A DNA stretch of 54,929 nucleotides, filler included, from Ionaspis alba (lineage: Eukaryota), in assembly GCA_964255285.1 (NCBI GenBank). It is 4 parts of 4 records of this genome, joined end to end, with 100 filler letters (N's around TTAATTAATTAA, not from the genome) between each part and the next. Parts side by side here need not be neighbours in the genome. Positions count along the whole stretch, not along the records: positions 13,817 to 27,509 come from CAXUUL010000453.1; positions 27,610 to 41,273 come from CAXUUL010000454.1; 2 more parts are not named here. One strand, written 5' to 3'. Positions 26,035 to 37,115 of this stretch are shown here, piece by piece. Numbering within the stretch: position 1 is the stretch's first letter; each line of letters begins with the position of its first letter. A program made the position numbers and the translations under genes. The notes beneath the pieces are model-generated. The model had not been told where the DNA came from, made no database searches, and saw nothing but the letters and a program-made list of their open reading frames with translations.

Positions 26035-27330
26035 TTAATGCCTTAATCTCGTGTCCTCAAAACCTCGCAATACACTTCTCGCAACCTCATCTGTCTTTCC
26101 CGAAGCAGGGTCCTTGTTTCCGTCTCCAACGATGCCCTCCCCTTGTCCTTCATTTGTCGTCGATCCTAGACTTTTCGCCTCCAGAGCCCTCCTTTGACCT
26201 TCGCTAACCTTCCCATACACCGCCATGGCACTAGCGATCATGCCTCCCATGTCCCCCATATTACCAGGGACTACAACGGCCGTGCCCTCCTTCGCTAGCC
26301 GCCCAAATGCTTCGACATACTTCTCGGCCACACTCAAACTGACTGCTCCCTGAGCGCTTTCTCTCCCATCACGTATACTGCTAGCCACAGCATCTATACC
26401 CTTGCCCGTTGCCTTCGCCTTCAAGAGAATCGCCTCGGCCTCACCACTAGCCATATTGATCTGTTCTGCTTTCAGCGCTTCAGAAGCTAGTATCACGCTC
26501 TGCTTCCTTCCCTCTGCAATGTTGATCGCTGATTGCCTCTGACCTTCCGAATCTAAAATTTCGGCACGTTTGGTTCGTTCGGCTGTGACCTGGCGATGCA
26601 TGGCAGCAACGACGTCCTTCGGAGCATGGATATCACGGATCTCGTAACGCAAGCAGACGACACCCCAATCTTGAGCCGCCTCGTTGATGGCTTGAGTAAT
26701 GTTCGTGTTCAAGGCTGCGCGTTCTTTCAGAACATGGTCGAGGGATAGCTGCCCTATTTCGGATCTCATTGTGGTTTGTGCGAGCTGGGAGATTGCATAT
26801 TCAGCATCCTCGACTCCATAGCTTGCTTTGTAGGCATCAAAGACACGGGTGTAGAGCACGCCGTCAAGCTCCAGCGTGACATTGTCAGCCGTTATGGCGC
26901 TTTGCGAAGGAATCTCTATAGCAGCTTCTTTAAGGCTTTTCACATAAGCTATCCGGTCGAGGAACGGTATCAAGACGGCCAGCCCGGGTTGCAAGATTCG
27001 ATTGAACTTTCCCATACGCTCAACGATCCATGCTGTCTGTTGAGGAACGAAGCGGATGATCGTGTTAGCTGGGAGGGAGGGGCGTTGGAAGTACGAGGAT
27101 GGTGGTTGGCCGGTGGAGGAAAGGTTGCTTAATATCGTGCTGCCTGGAGTGCAAAGCACACGCGTGCTAGACAAGACACGCCGTGGCGTAAATGTATAAG
27201 ATTGCGAGACGGACGATTTCCTATGGAGGGTGGGAAAGCTGGAAATTTGAGCGTGCGGTGATGGAGACGGTGGAGTACATCGTAGTGTTCTCGACGACGC
27301 CCGGCCAGCTAGGAGTAACGGCCGCTTCAT
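26035..27330 (-). CDS. Stomatin-like protein 2 (SPFH/Band 7), likely mitochondrial
   Basis: Single 431-aa ORF with an Arg/Ser-rich presequence, FVPQQTAWIVERMGKF, QSAITADNVTLELDGVLY, AQTTMRSEIG and AEKYVEAFGRLAKEGT. Confidence 0.95.
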   Translation of the reverse strand: MKRPLLLAGRASSRTLRCTPPSPSPHAQISSFPTLHRKSSVSQSYTFTPRRVLSSTRVLCTPGSTILSNLSSTGQPPSSYFQRPSLPANTIIRFVPQQTAWIVERMGKFNRILQPGLAVLIPFLDRIAYVKSLKEAAIEIPSQSAITADNVTLELDGVLYTRVFDAYKASYGVEDAEYAISQLAQTTMRSEIGQLSLDHVLKERAALNTNITQAINEAAQDWGVVCLRYEIRDIHAPKDVVAAMHRQVTAERTKRAEILDSEGQRQSAINIAEGRKQSVILASEALKAEQINMASGEAEAILLKAKATGKGIDAVASSIRDGRESAQGAVSLSVAEKYVEAFGRLAKEGTAVVVPGNMGDMGGMIASAMAVYGKVSEGQRRALEAKSLGSTTNEGQGEGIVGDGNKDPASGKTDEVARSVLRGFEDTRLRH

Positions 27331-27509
27331 GTTTCAGTGAAGAAAACTAGCTGCAGCAGCAGAGCTGCTGGAATAACAATTTTGAAAAAGTATTACTTGC
27401 AGTTATATCGCCCGGAAGGTCGACTCTTAAGGCTGCGCTCAGCCCTATGCGTCGGATATTCCTCGTTCCTATGTCGACATCAGTCACTATATATCATACG
27501 GAAACGTCC

Positions 27510-27609
27510 NNNNNNNNNNNNNNNNNNNNNNNNNNNNNNNNNNNNNNNNNNNNTTAATTAATTAANNNNNNNNNNNNNNNNNNNNNNNNNNNNNNNNNNN
27601 NNNNNNNNN
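27510..27609. other. Assembly gap with TTAATTAATTAA linker (27554-27565)
   Basis: N run with central 12-mer linker. Confidence 0.97.
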
Positions 27610-28346
27610 GAGTATGCTGCTGCGGCTGGAAAAACCGTAGAAGAATATCATCGTGATCTTTTCTCTAACAAGGATTTTATCCCCCCGTCACCTGTAGCAT
27701 CATTCTCTCAGTGTGATTGTGAAGGTAAGTAGTAATCTCTTCAGATGGAATTAGTCTAATTCTATATCATTTAGAGCATGCCAATCCATGGTTTTGCCCT
27801 ACCGTTCTTCCCGAATACCGCTCTCAGGATCGACCTGACTTCTGGGAATACGAAGAGCTCAATCGTACAAGGATAGAAACACTCAAAGTCGAGCCAAACG
27901 ACAAGTCTGGACGACTGGATCCCAAGGCACTAGAAAAAGCCTGGGATATGATAGGCACAACAATCTTGCCATTGCCTATATGGGCGAGGGCGAAGCCGGA
28001 ATTCCTTGCTATGCCTCGCGTGGACAGTACCGTGCCCTTGAATAACCTCAGACAGGATACTCCGAGCTTTGCTTCTGCATCGCTTGGTAACGATTCCAGT
28101 CCAACGACTTCAGTACCGACACCTGAAAACCTAAGCAACGACATAGAAAATAACATCAGAACAAATCCATCTAACCGGGATCGACCCAAGATACGGCGAG
28201 CATCGTTTACCGCTTATGAAAAGCGCTATATCACGAAAATCGGCAAACATCCCCAACCTCTGGCGCGGAGAACACGATCTCATAAGGTTGCTCTATTTTA
28301 CGAATTAGACCGTAATGGACATCTAATACCTTCTCGACGGGTTTAA
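27610..28346 (+). CDS. Hypothetical protein, 5'-truncated by the gap
   Basis: Open frame from the gap edge (EYAAAAGKTVEEYHRDLF...CDCE). Consensus GTAAGT...CTAAT...TAG intron 27725-27774 splices in frame to EHANPWFCPTVLPEY...LIPSRRV*. No family recognised. Confidence 0.5.
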
Positions 28347-28988
28347 TAGGCATAATAGCGTCAAATTCTATATTACACTGGATCCACTCTTCGAGCGATC
28401 TCTTCTCGACCTTCGCCAACTGTGCTCTCTATTCTGGTCGGAATCCAACTAGTGCTCAGTACTTAACCTCGCTCAATCCCCAGAATTCAGAGGCTAGCTA
28501 AATATCTCCGCTTTTCCCCACATTATTGCGCAAGCTCAAGTCCACAGGAAAATGGATTTTTTTGGGAAAGCACCAGAGGATCAAAGAATGTTGTTACAAG
28601 TCCGACTGTCCCACCCTGCTTCCAGATAATCTTGAGCGAGTGTTTCTGGCTCCGATTTACTTACCTTTTCCTATCCTCAAATTAAAGCTGGTTGCATGTC
28701 AAAGGTGCTCAAATTGTCGAACTAAGGCGTTGGGAGTCCGGCGAACAACAAGCGATCTACGAGAAGGGGGCACACCGGACATGCATCAATGTTCATCATA
28801 AGTAGTGTTTTGGATACTGAGCAGGTATTTGTTCCTGAACATATAGCACCCGCTCAATTCTAACACTTTCTTTCGCCGTAGTAGGATCTGTCAAATCACA
28901 CTTGCAAGAATCCTACTCAGAAATCCTCATAACAGTAGATGCAACGGCATTCTTGCCACCACACTCTTGCTTACTTCTTTCAAATACA

Positions 28989-29354
28989 CTACTTATCCTG
29001 CCACTGTCCCATGCCCCGATGCATCGAAATTCCCCATATGTACGCCAGAAGGCAAAGGATAGCCACTATCACTGACCCCACGACAATCCCAGCGATCTGC
29101 CCGCCTGACAAATGTCCATCATCTCCATGCCCACTGGAGGCACTTAAATCTCCAGCTGGGAGGTTCGGAGAGCCGTAACCGACGTTCGTGCTAAAGTAGG
29201 GTGGGTTCGGGTTGCCGGGGGTGTAAGGAGAGGGAAGAGGAATGTTTGGGACGGGATTGTACGGTGTTTGCCGGGGAAAGAGGGTTGGTGGAGGGGCGAG
29301 GGTTGTCGTGGTCGAAGCGGAGTTAGAGCTACGCGAGGGGAAGTGAAGTTGCAT
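28989..29354 (-). CDS. Small single-pass membrane protein (Pro/Ser/Thr-rich N-terminus, C-terminal TM helix)
   Basis: 121-aa ATG-initiated ORF with the typical fungal TM lead-in LSGGQIAGIVVGSVIVAILCLLAYIWGI. Confidence 0.55.
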   Translation of the reverse strand: MQLHFPSRSSNSASTTTTLAPPPTLFPRQTPYNPVPNIPLPSPYTPGNPNPPYFSTNVGYGSPNLPAGDLSASSGHGDDGHLSGGQIAGIVVGSVIVAILCLLAYIWGISMHRGMGQWQDK

Positions 29355-30543
29355 GTTTGGGGACGAGTAGCAGGTCTGGGCGCTGAGGAAAAAGCGTGCA
29401 GAGTGGAAGGAGATGGCTGTGAGAGAGTCCAGGAGGAACAGATCTTGGTATTCCGAGTGCAGAAGCCTGCAGCGATAAGACAGTTGCCAAAGCTAATCGA
29501 ATGGAGCAGAAAGGTAGAACTTGGAGCAGGATGGGACAGATGCAGACAAGGAGGTTTATAGGAGTATGCAGGACACTCATGATGGCGAGACATCGCAGGT
29601 TCATTTCTGTGTGAAAGTGCTGTATGATATGAAAAATGATTCCAAGATATTTTGGATGTCCCCTTAGATTCATTGGATTTAGGTACTCTCATGTGATTCA
29701 ATTTGTGAATCGAAATTGTGAATCAGAACGCGTATATACGAGCTTCACCCTGGCAAGAATACAACTGTGCAAGAAAGAGAGATCATTCCTTGAATCTCTC
29801 CACAGCCCTTAAACTTTCGAATTCGTCACCATGAGATTGACAGTTGAAGCAATGAACATCCTAGTAACGATCTTTGATGGGTCAAACTTCCCTGTTATCG
29901 TTGCGAGACCAGTGTCTCCCAACAAGAGCGGCTAGCATCACATTGAGATCAGTATTCTGTCGTTAGCTCACCACCGCTTGACGCTCCAGGGTAGCCCAAC
30001 ACGTGCACCTCGCTCTCGTTCTCAACCGTTTTCCTCTCCGTTGCCGTTGTGTCAGCCTATCTTCCACGATATGCTCACCGTCGAGCTTATATCCAACACA
30101 GGCGCTCAGCTGCAGCATCGGCGACAGCGTCAGGACTAGCGACAGGAGGTCGAACAACGCCAGAAAATCGTTTGCCAACGAATGATCTTGAAATGCCGTT
30201 AACTTCCATCACCGGCGACGTAACACCTTGAGCAGGCTCTGATGTGGAGCTGTCCGGAGAAATTCCAGGGACTGAACAATCACGGAGATCGGAGGATGTG
30301 ACTAGTTGATCACTGTTCCCGAAATGGTGGTGCTACATGTCAAAGGATGTTGTCTGGCTGTTCTTGAAGCGGAAATTCCACAGTCAGGATTGAAGTATGG
30401 TTGGTACGACGGTATGGGGGCGGTCTCCCGTGCTGGATAGTAGCAGCGTCGAGTATCCCGATGCATTTGTGGGGAGCGGTTTCGAGCGAAGATTTCGAGC
30501 TCGATTGATGATGTAGCGGTAGTGGATACAGACTGCTGGAACT

Positions 30544-31155
30544 TCATCTCCTTTTCCCTCTCTCATTCGTCCTCGCCTCGTCTCTCTCCTCCTCAAATGC
30601 CTCCCTCGCCTTGTCCCTCCAGTCTCCATCATCATTCTTCCTCTTCCTCTTCTCCTCCTTTTCCTTCTTCCTCTCCAACACCGTAGCCAGCCACTCCTCA
30701 AACTCTTCCTCAACATCTGATTCTCCCCTTCCACTGCCATCCACTCCCAAACCACCTCTGACCTTCCTCCTCATATCCTCCATGCTCGAAATATCGAATG
30801 CCCACAGCATGCCACCTGTCATCATCATCATGACACTCGTAACATTGATTGTAGCAATATTGAGAGCCTCGAAAGCTTCCACGGCTCCGTTAATGGGAAC
30901 GCGAGGAGGACCATTAGACGGTTGGTAGAAGCGAGGGATGCTAGCGAGATGCCGGCGTCGAAGAGATCGTCGTGTGACCAATGTTGAGAAGGCGAAGAAA
31001 GTGGCGCCGGCGACGAAGAGAGAGAGCTGTTTTCGCGCACGAGGGGAGGTAATTGAGGTAATAAGCGGCTCTGATGAGGGGGCAGAAGTTGGGGTCGAGC
31101 TGGTAGAGTCGCTGTCTGCCATTAGAGCGAGGTCTGGCGAGCGCAGTAGGGCCAT
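30544..31155 (-). CDS. AIM11: Altered inheritance of mitochondria protein 11-like
   Basis: RKQLSLFVAGATFFAFSTLVTRRS...FYQPSN...AVEAFEALNIATINVTSVMMMMTGGMLWAFDISSMEDMRRK resembles Pezizomycotina Aim11. Two TM segments and a charged tail. The start may be the second Met (MADSD). Confidence 0.75.
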   Translation of the reverse strand: MALLRSPDLALMADSDSTSSTPTSAPSSEPLITSITSPRARKQLSLFVAGATFFAFSTLVTRRSLRRRHLASIPRFYQPSNGPPRVPINGAVEAFEALNIATINVTSVMMMMTGGMLWAFDISSMEDMRRKVRGGLGVDGSGRGESDVEEEFEEWLATVLERKKEKEEKRKRKNDDGDWRDKAREAFEEERDEARTNERGKRR

Positions 31156-31671
31156 AATAGACCGCGTGTCGATATCGAATGAAAAGTAGAGAATGAGCTT
31201 TAATTGTGTTTTCTTCCAACTAATAGCAACGAATAGACTGTTGGCATATCCTATGGTGGAGATTTTATGAAATCACATCCAGTCTTGGCATCGATAATTA
31301 CAGTTTAATTTCGCACAATTCCGAACTCCCAACTTTGTTCAAGGGAGAATCAAGCGTAAGAGTCAAAACTAAACCAAAAATAGCTATGTTTCCTGATATG
31401 TCACCATCGATTTTGCGGGTAAGTCTTTTTTATTTGAAGTTCACTACTAAGTGTCTATATAGTGTACAAACCGCTTCTAATTGCAGCTGTGAGACGTTGT
31501 TTCTGGAGATTGCCCCTTTCCTCGTTGTTGTTATTACGTATAGGTGAGATGTGGTTTCGGGCACGAACCCAGCGATGACATTCTGATGATTTTAAGTCCT
31601 TGCATAGCTGTCTCAATGGCTGAGCCGAAGTATTTTAGGTGGTTTAGGAATACTGTGAGTGGTGAGGTGAC

Positions 31672-33199
31672 TTATGCCGCCAGCGTTGCAACGTCGTTCC
31701 TCCTCTTGACCTGCACTTCATTAGGGATCTGCTGCATTTTGGTTTGATTCAGTGTTGCGGGGACAAAATTTAGAGCATCTTCCAAGCGCCATTTGACCAT
31801 GGGTTGATCGCCTGTACCAGAGCCTGAGAATTCAAGTCCTTCCGTGAAGTGATCGTTCGCAGCATATGGTTCGAGCCGACCATTCTCCAAGACCTCCGGA
31901 CCTTGTGTTCCGATTGGCCGGTATAGCAGTCTCTAAGTCTCTCAATTCTTGAGTCTCGATGTGGTGGAATACATGCTCGTCGTCTATCTTCACGAGTTGC
32001 TTGAATGGTTCCAGCAGGAATCCTCTGGCGCCAGTGCGGCTATTAGACAAAGGATTCCAGCGGCTTATTTCAAAGATTGCCCCGAAACTTCAAGCCAGGC
32101 GCAAATTTTCCCCCTAATAGCGATGGCGCTTTAGACGAGCACTGTCCAGGAGCTTCACAAGTTATTGGTCGCAGGGAAGCACGGCCACAGACAGTTACAG
32201 ACAGCGGCAGATTTTTATACAAGCTTTACAGTAGTGAACTGGCAGTGAGAGCGTTGGGAAGCTTTGTGTGAAGATGTTTGGTCAAGACATTTGGTCCGAA
32301 GATTCCGCCTGGTCCACCAGGTCTGATATCCACTCCAAGTCACGTGATCCGTAAACCCTAGAATCCATCCTGTTTATCTAATGCATTCCTGTTATATCCC
32401 TCGGAACGTCAGCTTTTACATGAGGTTAGAAACCCTTCCGCAGTCTCCATTTTTGTCAGTATGGTCTGAACATCTCCATGTTCCATCATCCGTATTAAAT
32501 ACTGCATACTCATACCAGTCGTCGCCACAATCCTCTAATACTCTGAATTTAGCGTGCAATTATTCGCCTCCTTTAACTTGTTCTTGATAACCTGGTTTCG
32601 AGGGCAGAGCTCCGCGATACGGCCTAGTACTGACTCCGTCTCGGGATACTTGCGGTCGTCGGCGACAGCAAGGGCCAGTCTATACTCTACCTTTAATTTC
32701 TATTCCTCGCTCTGGATCGGTAAGCAATCCTCGAAGCTTTNNNNNNNNNNNNNNNNNNNNNNNNNNNNNNNNNNNNNNNNNNNNNNNNNNNNNNNNNNNN
32801 NNNNNNNNNNNNNNNNNNNNNNNNNNNNNNNNNNNNNNNNTCGATGTGGCATCCGGTTGCCATCGATATAGCTCTCGAGGGGAAATAAAGCATGCTGTGC
32901 ATGTGGCGGGATTGGACGACAACGAACGTGTTTGTCGTGTGGAAGAAGGCAAGACTTTCACGACTGAGCATTTTGTTGACAAGAAACGTTGAGGTATGGA
33001 AACCATGGCTGAAGTTGAAGCCTTGTCCTGAATGCCAGGAATCTTTCCAGACCGCCTTGGGCTGAACGTAACGATGATCGAGAACGTGAGAGTAGATCTT
33101 CGAACGGATCTCAGCCGGAATAGTATCAAGCCTCAGACGACCTTTGATGGAAGGGACAGTGTCGCCGCTCTTGATGACCACGTCCGGCTCGTGATCCAT
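31672..33199 (-). pseudogene. Gap-interrupted, probably degenerate locus: F-box-like N-terminus, TPR-like segment, further broken frames
   Basis: ATG 33199 gives RLRLDTIPAEIRSKIYSHVL (LPxEIRxxIY-type motif). After the gap, KLKVEYRLALAVADDRKYPETESVLGRIAELCPRNQVIKNKL (32535-32699) is TPR-like and preceded by an in-frame TAG. Short broken ORFs at 31672-32050. Confidence 0.45.
32741..32840. other. Assembly gap (100 N)
   Basis: Run of N. Confidence 0.99.
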
Positions 33200-33703
33200 C
33201 TTGACACGATCTTAGGTTGTCCTGATGAAGTGTCTCAATGAAAGAGAAGCTTTGCTCTAATTTATCATTCAGTCAAGAGCCAGGGGTGCATATTGTGCTG
33301 AGTACTCACGGAAGGCAAGAGATGCAACTAATCTTGGCTCTCAAAGCTCGCCTTCCATATCTGTAGTGCGTAATGATTGGACAGAGATCTGTTGTGGTGA
33401 TGAGGAGGCGATGACTACTCAAGTTAAGACGCAGGCTTATCTTATAAGCTCAGTCGTGTTGGGCATGGCGAACATATGTTGTGGAATCACTGGTGTTGAC
33501 TTCATAGTGACTTGATCTCGCTTAAAGTCATGGTCTCACTCCAAAGCCGCCCAACAGCGGACAACAGGAGAGCGTAAGGAAAGGCGGATGCCTACATTCA
33601 CTGCTTGCTCGAAGCAGCTACACAATCTATGTGCTTCTTTTGCAAATACCAATTCATAAACCATTCATTTCATGAGAGGAAACAATCCAATCATGTCCCA
33701 TAT

Positions 33704-35637
33704 CTAGACAGCCATGATACTCCTCCCGCCATCTGCAGTCAACCGCTTCCTCACTCGCATCTTCACGTATCCCATTCCCAGCTTCGTTGTGTACGGTATA
33801 GTAGAATCCTCCTCATCGCCATCCACAATGTCTAGGATAGCCGACGGAGAGAAAAATAATGCTTGGCCTGCTTCGAGATTGACGATAGTTTTGAAGATCT
33901 CACGGATGTCTCGCTTAGCTTCACCATCGACAGAAGAAACGCCCGCGAGATGTTTAGTCAGTGCTCCGAGCCAATCTGGTGAGGTGAAGCGATGGACAAT
34001 GGTCATAGTACTGAGGTCAAGGAGTTTGGGGGAGATGGTCGGCTCCTGAGTGGCGATAATGACACGGGTCGCCAGATGGCGCTGCTGGCGAATGACTTGT
34101 AGCAGGTTCTCGGTGAAATTATCGGCCGAGGCTGTGCCTGTCATGAACTATATGACTCTTCATCAGCATTGTTCTTTGAGTGGTTCTAAAGGCAGACATA
34201 CCTTGTGAGCTTCATCGAGCGCGATGACACGGCCCACGGCACCTCGATTCTCCAAGAAGAGCTCTAGACAAATGGTGAAAAGGGCGCATGCAGCACTATC
34301 GTCGACGAACGGACAGCTGAGGTCTACTATCGTCAAAGAACCAGGCTCGAAATTCCATATTCTAGCTTCTTCTTCAATTTTCCTGCGCATGTTCTCTGCC
34401 CAGGTTGCATCCCAAACTCGCTCTGCCTTCCGCCCATTTTTGGTATCCGGGAATTGTGGTTTCTCAGATGGTACAAGACTCGGGGAGTGTGATGGCAGAT
34501 CCATAAAGCTATCAAGGAGATCGAGACGTAGTTTGAGAGGCCCGTTCTGAGCAAACGTGAAGCCCTCCATGCCAAGTCTTTGCTTGAAAGCCTCATATCG
34601 AATTCCTGGTGCGCCTTTACCCTCAATAGCCATTTGACGTAGGATTCTAAGTATGGTCTAATACCCATTAGAAGGAAAATTGAGATAAGGCATGCAATAG
34701 TTACCTCAATGTACAGCGGCATTGGCCCATCCTTGTCGCTCACAGACATCAGACTCATCATTCTTGATGCATCCAGTTGCTTCTCCTTGAAGCGCAAAGG
34801 GATGACCTCAGGCTTTCTTGCATTGGCTGGAAGCCCTGGAAGGTTCTCGTACGCGCTCTTCATACGCCAGTAATTGGTCGGTGATACTAAGACCTTGACG
34901 GGAATGTTGGATGAGCATAAATAGGCGGACTCGCATATTTGATTGCTGGCGTAGGAAGTGAAACGATCGTAGTGAAAGACGATTCCTGCGAGGGGGTTTG
35001 GCAGCTTGCCAAGACTGGACGGCAGGAGAGCGTTCTCCAACATAACTGACAAAGTATGGCTCTTGCCTGATCCTTGAGAACCACAAATGAATGTGGACCA
35101 TGGAGTGTTAGTGTTCAAAAACAGTCGCGGATCGTCGCCAGAAGAAGCAATCCCAGGAATTGGGTCTTGAAGCTGGATCAGGTTGAGGTGTGAATCTTCG
35201 ATGCTCTGCTGAACGTCCAAGCGCTGCGCAAGTAGGCCGTACTGTGGCAGAACAGGACCATAGGTAGATAGAACTCCTCCGGAGAACAGTGGCGTAGTCC
35301 TGATCTCCTCATGCTGGGTATTCTGGATGTTTTGGCCAGGCGTTGATCCTGACAGAAAACTCATGTGGTGCCTGTAGTCATTGGATCGAGCTCTGGCATT
35401 CAAGGACTTAGGTCGAAGTTTTGGTCTTCCGGTAGCTGTTCCGTTAAGAGTAGTATTGCGGATATTGTCAGTGATAATCTCCACGGAGCTAGATGTATCT
35501 GTTTGGTCGACGTCGCTGGACTCATAACTCTGCTCGCCACTGCGCTCATTGCTGATCTCGTCGCTGTCCCCACCGCTTGACTGACGGCTCGGCCGATTGG
35601 GACGCTCGTCTGGAGTCATATAGCCTGTTGTTGACAT
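33704..35637 (-). CDS. Uncharacterised P-loop ATPase with HerA/FtsK-like motifs
   Basis: Walker A FICGSQGSGKSHT, Walker B RVIALDEAHK, then IRQQRHLATRVIIATQEP. GT-AG introns 34657-34704 and 34148-34201 join three ORFs in frame. Confidence 0.85.
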
Positions 35638-35978
35638 AACAGTCGAACTTAGCTTCTATCTCGTCTTTGAATCTTGATTATAACGTGTTGCTGAGACAAG
35701 GCAAGCCAAATGTTGTGTTGGGTTGTGAATCTCAGTGCTAGCGATCTTGATGACTCAGTCGGAGATGAAGAAGTGGTTCGATATTCGGGTTGAATAGTCG
35801 CTACTTATACGCACAATATGGAATTCACAGAAAATGGTGGCAAGTTCGCGCGCAGATGCAAGCGTGTTTGCTACTTCGCGCTTCATGGCACGTCGAACCG
35901 CGGAGCTCGTTCCAGAGAATCGGTAGATCATTCCATTACTCTTAGCGCGATAATTCGATTTGATTTAGGACTAGGATT

Positions 35979-37115
35979 TCATACTGGTTCGGGTGAATTC
36001 ATGTGGTTCGAATGCAGCTTAGCGACCTCAGGCACAATGATAGACTCAATTTCGATAGGCATAGCATTTGGCATGCTGGATTCGTTCTGGCCATTTGCTA
36101 CGGCTGCAGCAAGGGCATTTCCTACGCTGTTCGATGGACTGGACATGCTTTTGACTCTTCGATGTGATGGGACCCGGATCCATCTTTCACGAACGCCAGG
36201 AGCGACAAAGACAACTTCCCATTTCCGTGTCGAAAGGAGATTGCCGATCACTAGATGATGGGAGTACCGATGCAGAGCGGTCTCAGCTTTGGAAATGAGA
36301 AGAGAAGGGTCAGTCTCTAGCTTGAAGCTGACAATCATGCCATCGGGAGCCCATCCATCGACTAGTCTCTTTAGGAACTTTGGAACAGGATCGAGATCTA
36401 TCACGAGCTTCTTGCTATGATGGCTGGAACTTGAAATTCCATTGGTAGTGGCATGCTCCCCGTTTGTGGCAGGGGTGCCAACTTCCGAGGATTGAATTTT
36501 ATGCTCTGCCATCCTATCTTTGGGCACGAAGAAGTCGGATACGGCAGCAGCAAGATAGAACAAAGCGGAGGAACCCAGTGGTCTCATCAGCTTGGCGACA
36601 TCTCTCAGCGCCCACAGATAATCCGTTATGGTGACAAATGGCAGGACCAGTAGCATATTGTTTTCCTTTGCTGCGGTGTATTCCCTGAGAACGCTCTTCA
36701 TTTCCCTCTGGTATTCGTGGCTCACGACGACTTCCCCGTTATCTCCCTCTATCATAAAGTCGAGAAAGCAGTTCGTGGAATGGCTATAATGGCGAGAATA
36801 TGGAAGGAGCGAGAACTGGCGATGTAGAAATATAACAGCGTATCCTTGTTGAAGGAAATATTCGGCGGACGTGGCTCCACGCGTGCCAGCAGAGAAGTTA
36901 TCGATGAATCGTACTGTCTGATTCTCTAATGGTACGGTAGTACCTCCTGAGGTGATCAAGACGACTCGGCGACGAACAGTATGGTGATGAGCAATGAAGG
37001 CGGCAGCAAGTTCGCTGTGTTCCTGCAGGGTTCGTGGAGGGGCATTGACCTCGAAGTAATGATCCTCGGCCAGTTCTGTCGTCGACACTCGTTCTAGACG
37101 CTGCATATCCTCCAT
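35979..37115 (-). CDS. CAB2: Phosphopantothenate--cysteine ligase (CoA biosynthesis)
   Basis: VVLITSGGTTVPLENQTVRFIDNFSAGTRGATSAEYF, FYLAAAVSDFF, EHKIQS and SFKLETD. Single exon, first ATG at 37115. Confidence 0.96.
   Translation of the reverse strand: MEDMQRLERVSTTELAEDHYFEVNAPPRTLQEHSELAAAFIAHHHTVRRRVVLITSGGTTVPLENQTVRFIDNFSAGTRGATSAEYFLQQGYAVIFLHRQFSLLPYSRHYSHSTNCFLDFMIEGDNGEVVVSHEYQREMKSVLREYTAAKENNMLLVLPFVTITDYLWALRDVAKLMRPLGSSALFYLAAAVSDFFVPKDRMAEHKIQSSEVGTPATNGEHATTNGISSSSHHSKKLVIDLDPVPKFLKRLVDGWAPDGMIVSFKLETDPSLLISKAETALHRYSHHLVIGNLLSTRKWEVVFVAPGVRERWIRVPSHRRVKSMSSPSNSVGNALAAAVANGQNESSMPNAMPIEIESIIVPEVAKLHSNHMNSPEPV

Noticed and set aside
31860..31885. GGTTCGAGCC, resembling a tRNA T-loop/B-box
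   Set aside because: No cloverleaf, acceptor stem or A-box at the right spacing.
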